A DNA stretch of 64,000 bases from an uncultured Gemmatimonadales bacterium (lineage in GTDB: Bacteria; Gemmatimonadota; Gemmatimonadetes; Gemmatimonadales; Gemmatimonadaceae): the NCBI GenBank assembly GCA_963850905.1, contig CAWKMU010000003.1, positions 2,304,001-2,368,000 of the forward strand. The letters run 5' to 3'. Below, piece by piece: positions 1 to 13,773 of the stretch. Numbering within the stretch: position 1 is the first letter of the stretch; each line of letters starts with the position of its first letter. A model generated the notes under the pieces. The model was not told where the DNA came from. It saw only the letters and a program-made list of their open reading frames with translations, and did not search any database. The position numbers and the translations under genes were made by a program.

Positions 1-143
1 AGTACACCAACGAGCTGGCGGTGATGATGGATTCCTTCCGGCCACTCAAGATCGCGAAGTCAGCCTTGGCGGTCGAAGACCCGAGTTACCACCGGTCGTG
101 GGTCGAGGCGCAGCATGTGCAGTTCAATCCGCCGACGACGTAG
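1..143 (+). CDS. hmgA: Homogentisate 1,2-dioxygenase, C-terminal end (partial, runs off window)
   Basis: Frame 3 reads YTNELAVMMDSFRPLKIAKSALAVEDPSYHRSW...stop TAG 141-143; ELAVMxDxFRPL...EDxxYxxSW matches the HmgA C-terminus. Confidence 0.75.
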   Translation, partial: YTNELAVMMDSFRPLKIAKSALAVEDPSYHRSWVEAQHVQFNPPTT

Positions 144-717
144 CCGGTGATCGGAGTGAGCGGGTCTTGTGCACCGGTACCTCGGTGACGCCGCCCGAGA
201 CGATGAATGCCATGACTTCTGGACTCTCGGCATCGAGGCGTTGCACGACGCCGACTGGGTAAATGACCAACCGGCCTGACAGGCTGTACGAGAAGGGCAG
301 ATAGACGGTGACGTGATCGGCGAGGCCGAGCTGTGCCAGCGATTCCTGGGTGATGAATCCCAGGGCGCGGCCTTGGCCGCTCGGGTCGACGGGAACGAGC
401 ACGGGCGCATTGAATCGCCGATGCTCGCCGACGAAGGCATTGAGCAGATCTTTGGTGGCAGAGTACAATAGCCGCACGAAGGGCAGGCGATTGACCGCGG
501 CATCGACCGCCGAGAGCAGGCTGGTGGAGAGAATCGTCGAGGCGAGGAACCCAATGAGGGTGATCACTGCCACGGTCACCGCGAACCCCAGCCCGGGCAC
601 CGGGAGTCGAAGCCACCCGTCGATGGTCTGGAAGATGTAGATGCAGGCGTACGCGGTCACCGCCAGCGGCGCGACGAACACGAGTCCGCGGAGGAAGTAC
701 GAGACGAGTCGGCGCAT
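124..717 (-). CDS. DUF502 family membrane protein
   Basis: N-terminal YFLRGLVFVAPLAVT, LPFVRLLYSATKDL, LGFIT, VYLPFSY and FIVSGG motifs typical of DUF502. Confidence 0.85.
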   Translation of the reverse strand: MRRLVSYFLRGLVFVAPLAVTAYACIYIFQTIDGWLRLPVPGLGFAVTVAVITLIGFLASTILSTSLLSAVDAAVNRLPFVRLLYSATKDLLNAFVGEHRRFNAPVLVPVDPSGQGRALGFITQESLAQLGLADHVTVYLPFSYSLSGRLVIYPVGVVQRLDAESPEVMAFIVSGGVTEVPVHKTRSLRSPATSSAD

Positions 718-722
718 GGCGG

Positions 723-729
723 TAACTTA
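723..729. promoter_or_regulatory. Overlapping symmetric -10 elements (TAACTT on +, TAAGTT on -): putative bidirectional promoter
   Basis: GTAACTTAC near-palindrome at 722-730; the minus-strand TAAGTT lies 6 nt upstream of the DUF502 ATG. Confidence 0.55.
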
Positions 730-754
730 CACGCTCGATGAGCGGAGGCACGCA

Positions 755-1489
755 CTGACGGCATGTCGGCGCGCTGCAGCCATCCGGCAGTCCATCGCGT
801 GGTCGGTTGCCGCGGCGTCGCTGCTCGGTTGCGCGAGCGGGGGCTCCCCGCTGCGGGCACCCCCACTCGCGCCGGGTTCCACCCCGGAACCGGTCCGGTA
901 CGAGGTCGTCGTGCCCGGGGGCCGACTCGACGTACGCGAACGCCTCGTTCGCGAGCTGTCCGACTCGTTGTTTCATGTCACTCCGTCCGAAGCCGGCCCG
1001 ATCACGGGCTACAACCTGGCACGGCTCGTCAAGGTTCATGTGGATCTGAAAGGGATCGGCAAGGACTCGACGCGTGTCGGGCTGACGGGCGAGCTGTATG
1101 TGGGCGACACGACGCGCCACGACAGTATCTCGGGACTCCCGGAGCGATGGCGTCTCATCACCGCAACCGACGCTCGCTCGCTCGTGTTGCGTGACCTTGC
1201 GCGAGCTGCGCGGGCGAATCGCGGCGACGTGCAATTCGCCGAGCCAACTGGCGAGGCGGACGCCGGTCCGGCGGACCGTGGCGTGGAGGGGTCCACAGGG
1301 GACCCGCGGGTCGTGGCTGTCCTCGCCGGTACGCCGGTGGGCCATACGGTCGACGTGTGCCGCAGTGCGTCAGTGCCCCCCGGCTGGCTGATCCTGTACT
1401 GGTCGCTCGATCGCACGCGGTGCACCCACCTCTCGGACAGTCGCTATCCGGGCGAACCCAACGTGATGCGGATCGAGCGCGAATGGTGA
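755..1489 (+). CDS. Hypothetical lipoprotein (start uncertain: CTG 755 after GGAGG, or ATG 716)
   Basis: Open frame 641-1489; signal-like segment ending in lipobox LLGC; C-terminal Cys pair (DVC...PPGW...RC...YP...N). Confidence 0.6.
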   Translation: MTACRRAAAIRQSIAWSVAAASLLGCASGGSPLRAPPLAPGSTPEPVRYEVVVPGGRLDVRERLVRELSDSLFHVTPSEAGPITGYNLARLVKVHVDLKGIGKDSTRVGLTGELYVGDTTRHDSISGLPERWRLITATDARSLVLRDLARAARANRGDVQFAEPTGEADAGPADRGVEGSTGDPRVVAVLAGTPVGHTVDVCRSASVPPGWLILYWSLDRTRCTHLSDSRYPGEPNVMRIEREW

Positions 1490-1528
1490 CGAGCGTGAAA
1501 CGCTCGTAGCAGCGCCTCGTCATCCAGT

Positions 1529-3271
1529 GTGCCCCCGCCTACCGCGCCCGAGCCGAGCCTCGCTCCGACGCTGATCCCCCGGCTGACTCCCAACGGTGGG
1601 GGGCGGCTGTCTGCCCCGCGCGAGCTCACGACTCTCGAAGGTCTCGCGTTCCTCGATGTCAATGATGGGGCGGAGCGTCGGGGCGCCCGGTTGCGCACGA
1701 AGATCATTCTCTTCGTCATCGTGTCGCTGCTGCCGGTGTTCTTCATCCTGAGCGCCGTGTATCTCCCACGCGAGTTCTGGGAAGTACAGCTGGCGGAGGC
1801 TCGCGAGAGCGCCGGCACCGTCGCGGCGATCATCGGGCGCCATGCAACCGCGGAAGAGATCGACGACGCATTCGGGGCGTCGCTGGGCCAACTCGTGTTT
1901 CTGGGGGTCGTCGACTCCTCGGGTCATGTCGTCCTCGCGCGGTCCTCGCGCACGCAGCGCACGGCACCCCCCGAAGTCATGGCAGCGCCGTTCCTCGACG
2001 GGCTGCGCCGCGACCAGGAAGGGACGCTCTGGGTTGTGCGTCCGACGCGAGACCGGCAGCGCGTCGTGCTCGGCTGGTCGCTCGAACGGGCAACGGCGGC
2101 GTGGTACAAGACACGCACGGTGTTTGGCGGGGCCACGTTTGCCGCCGTGGCCATCGCCTCGCTCATCGCCTATATGCTGTCGCGGTCCGTGACGCGACCG
2201 CTCGAGTCCGTGACTGTCTCGCTGGACCAGCTGACCCGCCAACCACGCTGGGACCTCCGAACGCGGGTCGCCGTTCGCACGCAGGATGAGATCGGCGACC
2301 TCGCCGTTTGCGTCAACCGCTTCATCGCCGAGCTCGCGCAGGTCGTCGCGGCGACGCGCGCGAGCGCGGAACAGGTCGTACGGCGGACGGAGGATCTGAG
2401 CGCGTCGACGCAGGAGCTCAGTGCATCCGGCCAGGAGCTCACGGCGACCGTCGAGCACGTGGCGGCCGATGCCGCGGCGCAGGCGACCGCCGCCACCCGC
2501 ACGCGAGAGGAGGCTATCGCCGCGGGCGCTGCCGCGGAGGCCGTGCTTGGCGCGAGTCAGCGAGGCCGACGCGATCGCGGAGGACACGCTTCACGCGGCG
2601 CAGGCTGCTCTGTCGGGCGTGGCCGACGCCGACGCGGCGATCGAACGCATTGTGGCCAGCGGCCGCGGAGGCGCGGGGCAGCTTCACGGAGGTCGAAAAG
2701 CGGCTGCGCGCGATCGCGGGAGCGACGACGAGCATCGCCGGCATCGCCCACACCACCAACCTGATCGCGCTCAACGCCGCGATCGAGGCCGCGCGTGCGG
2801 GTGAGCATGGTCGGGGATTCGCAGTCGTCGCCGACGAGGTCCGCAAGCTCGCTCGCGCGTCGGCGCGCCTCGTGGAGCAGATCCGGGGTGAGGTGGTGCT
2901 GATTCAGCAGGGTACGCGTGCCACCGCGAGCGATCTCGAACGTGCGAACGACGAGGTCATGGCCGGCCGCAAAGTCATCGGCGACGACGGCCACGGCTAT
3001 TCGCCAATCGGCGACGCGCGTCGAAGAAGCCGCGACGATCGTGCGCGGCGTCGCCGAGCTCGCGAATGCGCAGCGCGAGGCCGTTCGCCGCATCGAAGGA
3101 CAGGCGGCGCACGTGGCCGCTCTGTCCGGCAACCAGGCGACCGCGGCCGCGCAGATGGCGGCGTCAACCGGCGGCCAGGCCTCGGTCATCGCCACGGCCG
3201 TCGCCGACCTGAGTGCATTACAGCGCGTGGTCGTCGAGTTGCTGGACGCCGTCGACCGGTTCCAGGTGTAA
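1529..3271 (+). CDS. Methyl-accepting chemotaxis protein (2 TM, HAMP, MCP signal domain); split by apparent indels near 2555 and 2985
   Basis: HAMP (TRPLE...QDEIGDLA...NRF) and the conserved tip [33 protein letters not shown] across ORFs 1529-2764, 2308-3354 and 2918-3271. Confidence 0.85.
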
Positions 3272-3372
3272 GCAACCTGGTGTCAGGGCGACGGCGGCGC
3301 GTTAGCGGCCAGTCGCCCCACGTAGTTTTCGGCACTCGTGCGAACGCAGCGTAGTTTCCAGTACACGACGCT

Positions 3373-4427
3373 TTGCGGAAACGTGTACGCGGGCGTCCGC
3401 CGTCCGCGGCCGACGCAGGGACGCGAGCTGGCCGGCCCGCCCCGCTCGGAGTCCCGCGCGGCGGCAGTGCGAGATGGCGCGCCGCAGGCGGCGGAGTCCG
3501 ATCGCGCGAGGTCGTGGCACTCGTGGGCCTCGACCTCGACGTGCGATCCGGCGAGTTCTTTGGGCTGCTGGGTCCCAACGGCGCGGGCAAGACCACGACG
3601 ATCGGCATTCTGACCACACGCGTGCGGCCAACGGGCGGCGAGGCGATCGTGGCCGGAGCCGACGTCCGTGCGACTCCCGTGACCGTCCGGCAGCGGATCG
3701 GTGTCGTCCCGCAGCGTCCCAATCCGGACCGCAGCCTCAGCGTGCTGGAGAACCTGGTCTTTCATGCAGCGTACTTCGGCGTCCGGGACGGCCCTGCAAC
3801 CGCGCGCGCGCGGGCTGCTCCTCGAGCATTCTGGCATCGCCGATAAGGCCAGGGCGAAAGTCGACGAGCTGTCCGGCGGCCAGCAGCAGCGGTTGATGAT
3901 CGCCCGCGCGCTGATTCACGAGCCGACCGTGCTCTTCCTCGACGAGCCGACCGTCGGTCTCGATCCGCAGGCCCGACACGCGCTGTGGGAGATCCTGCGC
4001 GAGCTGCACGCGCAGGACCGGACGATCGTCATGACAACGCACTACATGGACGAGGCCGACCAGCTGTGCGAACGGACTCGCCATCGTCGATGGAGGTCGG
4101 CTGCTCGCTGTGGACACGCCCAGCGCGCTCAAGGCGCAGGCGCCGGGTGGCACGCTGATCGAGCTCGCGCTCGACGGTGACGCGGCCGCGGCCGCGGCCC
4201 GCGCGAGCGCGCTTCCGAACGTGCTCTCGGCGGACGGGCGCGGCGAGCTGCTGCGGGTGTACAGTCCCCGCGGCGGCCAGATCATTCCGGCACTCATCGA
4301 GGTCGCACAGGCGACAGGGCGCGCGGTCACGAACATTCACCTCGCGAGCCCAAGCCTCGAGACGCTGTTCATTTCCCTGACTGGCCACGGGCTGACCTCT
4401 GACCAACGGGGCGGAGCGGCGCCGTGA
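3373..4427 (+). CDS. ABC transporter ATP-binding protein (DrrA/NodI-like); frameshifted
   Basis: Walker [10 protein letters not shown], signature [23 protein letters not shown]-loop TTHYMDEA, C-terminal [12 protein letters not shown]. Confidence 0.85.
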
Positions 4428-5271
4428 CCACAGGCATCGACGTCGTCCCGCGCGTCGGAGCTCCCGACGTCGCTCGCCGCATCGCGCCGCCGCCGCCGCA
4501 CGCCCTGTGGGTCTTCGGTGCGCTTCTCCGGCGCGACGTCCGCGTGTTACGTCGCGAGTTGCCGTATTTTCTCGTCCGCACCGTCATGCAGCCGATGCTG
4601 TTCATCGTCGTGTTCGGCGCGTTGCTGCCGAAGATGGGGTTCGTGCGCGGCGGCTACACGACCGCGCTGCTGCCCGGCGTCCTGGCGCGTCAGCCTGACG
4701 CTGTCGGCCATCCAGTCGGTCGTGCTGCCGATGGTTCAGGATTTCGGCTGGACGCGGGAGATCGAGGACCGGTTGTTGGCGCCGATTCCGATACCCCTGA
4801 TTGCAGTCGAGAAGATCGTGATCGGAGTCGTGCAGGGCATCATCGCCGGCATCGTCGTGCTGCCCGCCTCGCGCCTCATCATGGGACCGATCCCGGGCCT
4901 CACGCTGGCGCATGCGGGTACCGTGGTCGCCGTGACATTGCTGGGGGCGGCCACGTTCTCTACGCTGGGCCTGCTCATGGGATCGGTCATCAACCCGACA
5001 GCAAATCGGCCTGATGTTCAGTACTATCGTCGCGCCCATGATTTTCTTCGGCTGCGCGTATTATCCATGGCGCGGCCTCGATGCGGTGCCGGTGGCGAAA
5101 TACGCCGTTCTGGTCAATCCGCTCGTCTATGTGGCAGAGGGGATGCGGGCAGCACTGACACCGGACGTGCCCCACATGTCGCTGGCCGCGGTGGTCGGGG
5201 CGCAGCTTCTGATCCTGATCCTGTTTTTCACGTTGGGGCTCCGCAGCTTCATGCGGCGGGCACTGGGGTAA
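4424..5271 (+). CDS. ABC-2 type transporter permease; frameshifted
   Basis: Hydrophobic helices, EIEDRLLAPIP, NPLVYVAEGMRAAL; start overlaps the ATPase gene end. Confidence 0.8.
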
Positions 5272-5276
5272 CGAAC

Positions 5277-7319
5277 ATGGCGATTGCGGGCGGTGTGGCG
5301 ACTGAGACCGTGAACGGCAGTGGCGCGGCGGCGGTGACGACGGAGGCCGAGCGACAGCGCGGGCCCGGCGCGCAGTCTGGGCGGCGGGGCGCTGCCGCAC
5401 CCGTGGACCATCGAGGACGCGCGGGCGCTCTACAACATTGAAGGCTGGGGGGCGGGGTTCTTCGACGTGAACCCGCGCGGCCACGTCGTCGTGCGTCCCG
5501 ATGCCGAGCCAGCCCGATCGGGAGTTGGATCTCTTCGAGGTCGCGCACGACCTGGAAGAGCAGGGGCTGGCGCTGCCGGTGCTGCTGCGATTCTCGGACA
5601 TTCTCCGCTCGCGACTGGCGGCCGTCAGTATGCGCTTCTCCGAGGCGATACAGGAGTTCGGATACACCGGCGGCTACACGACGGTGTATCCCGATCAAGG
5701 TCAACCAGCAGCGGCACGTCGTGGAGGAGATCGTGCGGTTCGGGGCATCGCACGGAGTCGGATTGGAGTGCGGGTCCAAGCCGGAGCTCCAGGCGGTGCT
5801 CGCGATGTCCGAGTCGACCGAGCACATGATCGTCTGCAACGGGTACAAGGACGAGGAGTTCATGCGACTGGCCCTGATGGGCCAGCGGCTGGGGCATCAG
5901 GTGTTCATCGTGCTCGAGCAGTTGAGCGAGATCGACGTGCTGCTGCAAGCGGCCGACGACCTGGGCGTCACGCCCACGGCCGGCGTCCGCATCAAGCTGC
6001 GCTCTGCCGGGTTTGGCCGGTGGGCGCAGAGCGGCGGTGAGCGATCGAAGTTCGGGTCTGACCGCTGCGCAGCTGGTGAAGGCGGTCGATCGTCTGGCCG
6101 CCGCCGGGACGACTCGACATTCTCAAGCTGATCCACTTCCACCTGGGCAGTCAGATCAGCGACATCCGCTATATCAAGGCGGGCCTGCAGGAGATCGCCC
6201 GCTTCTATGCGGAGCTGCGTGCCATGGGCGTCGACATCACGCACGTCGACGTCGGCGGTGGACTCGGGGTGGACTACGACGGTTCGTCGTCGACGGCCGA
6301 CGCGAGCGTCAACTACACGCTCCAGGAGTACGCCAACGACGTCATCTACGTCCTCGGCGAGACCTGCCGGGAGCTCGAGCTGCCGATGCCGCACGTCATC
6401 AGCGAGTCCGGCCGCGCGTTGACGGCGCACCACGCGCTGCTGTTGCTCAAGGTGATCGATGTCGAGTCCCAGGCCGAGCCGGTGCTTCCAGAGGTGACCG
6501 AGGACGACCACCCGCTGCTTCAGGACATGGCTGGCGACTACCGTGACCTCATCAAGCCCGGTGTGCGCGGGCCGCCGGGTGGTGGAGGCGTATCACGACG
6601 CGACCTTCGACCGCGAACGCGCGCACGAGCTCTTCACGAGCGGCGTGCTCACGCTGAGCGGGCGCGCGGCGGCGGAGCAGATCTACTATTGCATCCTCAA
6701 TGCGGTCGCCCGGATCGCGGACCGCGACCCGGGGCGCTACGACGAGATCCGGCCTGACGTCGAGGCCACGCTCGTCGACCGGTACTTCTGCAACTTCTCC
6801 CTGTTTCAATCGCTGCCGGACAGCTGGGCGATCGACCAGGTCTTCCCGATCATGCCGATCCATCGCCTGACGGAGCCGCCGAGTCGGCGCGGCACGATTC
6901 AGGACATCACGTGCGACTCGGACGGGAAGATCGATCATTTCGTCCGGCGCGGTCGCGGCCCTGCGCTCAACGTCAATCTCCATCCGCACCGCGATGCGGA
7001 GGAATACATCCTCGGGATCTTCCTCACCGGTGCGTATCAGGAGATCCTCGGCGATCTCCACAACCTGTTTGGCGACACGAACGCGGTACACGTGCGACTG
7101 TCGCCCACCGGCTACGAAGTCACGGACGTCGTGCACGGCGACACGGTGACGGAAGTGCTCGAGTACGTGCAGTTCCAGCCCTCGGTCTTACTTACGACAT
7201 TCCGGCGAAAGGTCGCTGGCGCAAAAGGTCTCTCGCGGCAGGACGCGAACACGTTCATCGCGGAATTCGTGGCCGGGCTGGAGGGGTACACGTATCTGGA
7301 GGGGGAGGCGGCGCAGTAG
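5277..7319 (+). CDS. speA: Biosynthetic arginine decarboxylase; several apparent indels
   Basis: [18 protein letters not shown](I)[92 protein letters not shown]. Confidence 0.95.
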
Positions 7320-7592
7320 GGCGTTACTGCAGCGGTCAGGGATCACGGTCAGGAACCAGCAACAACAACCGCAACGACGACGGAGGGCGGCCTGAAGGCC
7401 GCCCCTACATGTCGGTATGGACGGCGAAGCTCCCGGGTGTCGCCCGGGTTTCAATCACGGTCGACGAAATGGAATCTGGGGCCGTCCGCAGGGACATGTA
7501 GGGGCGGGCTTCAGCCCGCCCCTGTTTTTCATCGGCGTCGTTGTAGCGGTTGTTCCGTGATTCCTGATCCCAGACCCGCAGCGAAGCCCTAC
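7316..7592. repeat. REPIN-like element: two inverted GTAG-type REP palindromes (7385-7408, 7498-7521) inside long imperfect inverted arms
   Basis: GTAGGGGCGGCCTTCAGGCCGCCC (minus strand) and GTAGGGGCGGGCTTCAGCCCGCCC (plus strand); outer ends GTAGGGC / GCCCTAC. Confidence 0.8.
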
Positions 7593-8238
7593 CGCGGGCC
7601 TTGTCGAACCGCTTCCCCACCTCGCCCCAGTTCACCACGTTCCAGAAGGCCGCGATGTAGTCAGGCCGCCGGTTCTGGTACTTCAAGTAGTACGCATGTT
7701 CCCACACGTCGAGGCCGAGGAGTATGTCGCCGGGACGGGCGCCATCCATGACCGGGTTGTCCTGGTTGGGCGTGGATGTGATTGCGAGCTTGCCACCCTG
7801 ATGCAGCAGCCACGCCCAGCCCGAGCCGAATCGGCCGCTGGCCGCGGCAGCGAATTGCTCCTTGAACTTGGCGAAATCACCAAAGGAGGAGCGAATCGCC
7901 TCGGCGAGCGCGCCCGACGGCTCGCCACCCCGTTTTGCCGGGTCGAGCCACAGCCAGAACAGCGAGTGATTCCAGTGTCCGCCGCCGTTGTTGCGGACCG
8001 CGGTGCGTACCGACTCCGGGACCTTGGCCAGTCCCGCCAACAGGTGATCGAGCGACTGACCGGCGAGCTCGGGTGCCTTGCCGATGGCCGCGTTGAGGTT
8101 CGTGACGTACGCGCCGTGATGCTTGTCGTGGTGGATCTGCATAGTCTGCGCGTCGATGTACGGCTCGAGCGCGTCGAACGCATACGGCAGCGGTGGCAGT
8201 GTGAAAGGAGCAGCTGGGGGCGCGGCAGTGGCAGCCAT
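7589..8238 (-). CDS. sodA: Superoxide dismutase, probably Mn-type (true stop probably TAG at 7591-7589, masked by a 1-nt indel)
   Basis: [48 protein letters not shown]. Confidence 0.93.
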
Positions 8239-8286
8239 TGGATGAGACCCGGTGAGGGTGGGATATCAAAACAACGCGCGAAAGGC

Positions 8287-8943
8287 TCAGGAGGACGATG
8301 GCGGCGTGACGACAGCGACCCGAGCGGTACGGCGCTCGCGCCACCACCCCATGATGCCCGGCAGAATGGATACAAAGATCACGCCAATGATCACGAGCTC
8401 GATGTGGCGCGCCACGCCCGGCACGTATTGGCCTAGAAAATAGCCGAAACACAGCATTCCCCAGATCCAGGCTGTACCGCCGAGGACGCTGAACGTCAGG
8501 AATGTCCGGTAATCCATGCGTCCCACCCCGGCGACGAGTGGGGCAAAGGTCCGGACAATCGGCACGAAGCGCGCGAGGAAGACCGTCTTGGGTCCGTAGC
8601 GCGCGTAGAAGTCGTGCGCGCGATCGACGTACGCGCGCTTGAAGAAAAGCGAGTCGTCGCGGCGAAAGACGCGCGGACCGGAGAGCCGCCCGATCCAGTA
8701 ATTCGTGTTGTCGCCCGCGATGGCCGCGACGGCCAGCAGCCCGCACAGGGCTGCGAGACTCAAGGGCAGGCCCTGCGAGATGAGCAATCCCGCGGTGACG
8801 AGCAGGGAATCGCCCGGCAAGAAGAAGCCGACGAAGAGTCCCGTCTCCGTGAAGACGATCGCCGCAAGGCCGACATAGCCCGCCCACTGCACAAGCGCGG
8901 GCAGGTCCGAGAGGCGTTGAATGAGCGTGTGTGCGAGGTCCAT
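8287..8943 (-). CDS. dedA: DedA family membrane protein
   Basis: FTETGLFVGFFLPGDSLL, AIAGDNTNYWIGR, ARFVPIVRTFAP. Confidence 0.9.
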   Translation of the reverse strand: MDLAHTLIQRLSDLPALVQWAGYVGLAAIVFTETGLFVGFFLPGDSLLVTAGLLISQGLPLSLAALCGLLAVAAIAGDNTNYWIGRLSGPRVFRRDDSLFFKRAYVDRAHDFYARYGPKTVFLARFVPIVRTFAPLVAGVGRMDYRTFLTFSVLGGTAWIWGMLCFGYFLGQYVPGVARHIELVIIGVIFVSILPGIMGWWRERRTARVAVVTPPSSS

Positions 8944-8989
8944 TGGAAGGAAGCTAGCGAAGAGCCCCTGGACGGATTAGGGGTTAGGC

Positions 8990-9748
8990 ATGTCGTTGCT
9001 CGACCGTGTCGTCGTCGTGCTGTACGAGCCTCAGGATCCCGTCAACATCGCCGCGACGGCCCGGGCGATGAAGAACATGGGGGTGTCGGAGCTGCGGCTG
9101 GTCCGTCCCGTGGCCTACGAGCCCGAGCGATTGGAATACGTCGCGCATGGCACGGCCGACTTGATCGCGGCCGCGCGGCACGAGGCTGACCTCGACGCGG
9201 CGATTGCCGACTGCGCCGACGTCGTCGCCTTTACCGCCCGGCGGCGCGCGGCCAAGCGGACCGTGCTCACACCGCGCGAGGTGGCCCGGCGATTGCTCGA
9301 CGCTTCCGCGGCAGGCGCCGGGCCGGTCGCCGTCTTGTTCGGACGGGAGGATGCTGGCCTACCAAACGCGGCCGTAGACCGCGCGCGGGCGGTCTGCACG
9401 ATTCCGACTGCTGCGCACGCGTCGCTCAATCTGGCGCAGGCCGTAATCATCGCGCTCTACGAGCTGCACCTCGCCGCGGGCGATGCGACGCGGGCGCTTG
9501 CCCCGCCCCGCCACGACGTTCCGGCCGCCCGCGCCGAGCAGTTCGAGCAGTTCTTCACCGACACCGCGCGGGCGCTGACCGCGATCGATTTCTTCAGGAC
9601 GCGCCACCCCGAACACGTCATGCGGACGGTCCGATCACTCGCGAGCCGTGCCGCACCCGACGCGCGCGAGATCACACTGCTCCGCGCCATGGCGCTCGAG
9701 GTCTTGCGAACGATCGACCGCTTGGGCATCATACCGCGCACCGAATGA
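8990..9748 (+). CDS. SPOUT RNA methyltransferase, TrmJ/LasT family
   Basis: VVLYEPQDPVNIAATARAMKNMG, LFGREDAGL, SLNLAQAV. Confidence 0.88.
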   Translation: MSLLDRVVVVLYEPQDPVNIAATARAMKNMGVSELRLVRPVAYEPERLEYVAHGTADLIAAARHEADLDAAIADCADVVAFTARRRAAKRTVLTPREVARRLLDASAAGAGPVAVLFGREDAGLPNAAVDRARAVCTIPTAAHASLNLAQAVIIALYELHLAAGDATRALAPPRHDVPAARAEQFEQFFTDTARALTAIDFFRTRHPEHVMRTVRSLASRAAPDAREITLLRAMALEVLRTIDRLGIIPRTE

Positions 9749-9809
9749 CTTTGTGAAAAAGTTCACAACGTCGCCGTCTTCCTCGAGCCGATACGGCGGA
9801 TTGCATTGA

Positions 9810-10596
9810 ATGACAAGACGGAGGCAGTGGGCGGCGATTCCGGCGTTCGTCGCTATCGCTTCTGCCGTGGCCGCATTGGCGGCATACCAGGGCGCCTCGT
9901 CGCAGCAGGTCGCGACGCCGAAACCTCCCAGCGACACTGTCATCACGCACGACCCAGGGCCGGGTCCGTGGGGCTACCACGGGGCCTCGTCCCCGCAGGG
10001 GTACAGCCCCGTGCAGCCGATCAAGTTCCCCCACCCGAAGCACGTGCAGGGCTTGGGGATGAACTGCGTGTATTGCCACTTTTCTGCCAACAAGTCGATG
10101 GACCCCGGGCTGCCCGGCGGTCGGGACTTGCATGGGATGCCATCAGTTCACGTTCAAGCTGGCCAGGCGGCCAGAGATCGTGAAGCTGACCGACTACTGG
10201 AACAAGAAGCAGCCCATTCCATGGGTTCGCATTCATCGGCTGCCGGAGTACGTCCACTTCCCCCACATGCGTCACGTCAACGCCGGCGTGACCTGCCAGA
10301 CGTGCCACGGCCAGATCCAGGAGATGTACCAGGTCTACCAGTTTGCCTCGCTGAACATGGGCTGGTGCGTCAACTGCCACGTCAATGGCTACACGGCTGC
10401 CCAGGGTGACGAGGCGGCCGGCGAGTCCGCGCGGCGCCTCGGCCCGCCTGGCGCGACGTCCGTCGCCAATGTCGGGGCAAACGGAACGACCGAGTCGAAG
10501 AACGGCACGCCGGGTGACACCGGCCGCAACATTGGACCGCCGCTGACCGACCAGGTGCACCGGGCGCGGTACGACTGCAGCACATGCCACTTCTGA
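9810..10596 (+). CDS. actA: Alternative complex III subunit ActA, pentaheme cytochrome c; one indel near 10115
   Basis: QPIKFPHPKH and five CxxCH motifs (CVYCH, CMGCH, CQTCH, CVNCH, CSTCH); first gene of the act operon. Confidence 0.9.
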
Positions 10597-10626
10597 CCGC
10601 GCATGTTCCCGCATGAGGGCGAGCCC

Positions 10627-13760
<3,134 letters not shown>

Positions 13761-13773
13761 CGGAGGCGTACGA

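Noticed and set aside
7405..7590. Apparent C-terminal extension of SodA with a repeated GRxExRPYMS peptide
   Set aside because: It is translation through the REPIN palindromes after a probable 1-nt deletion just before the true stop.
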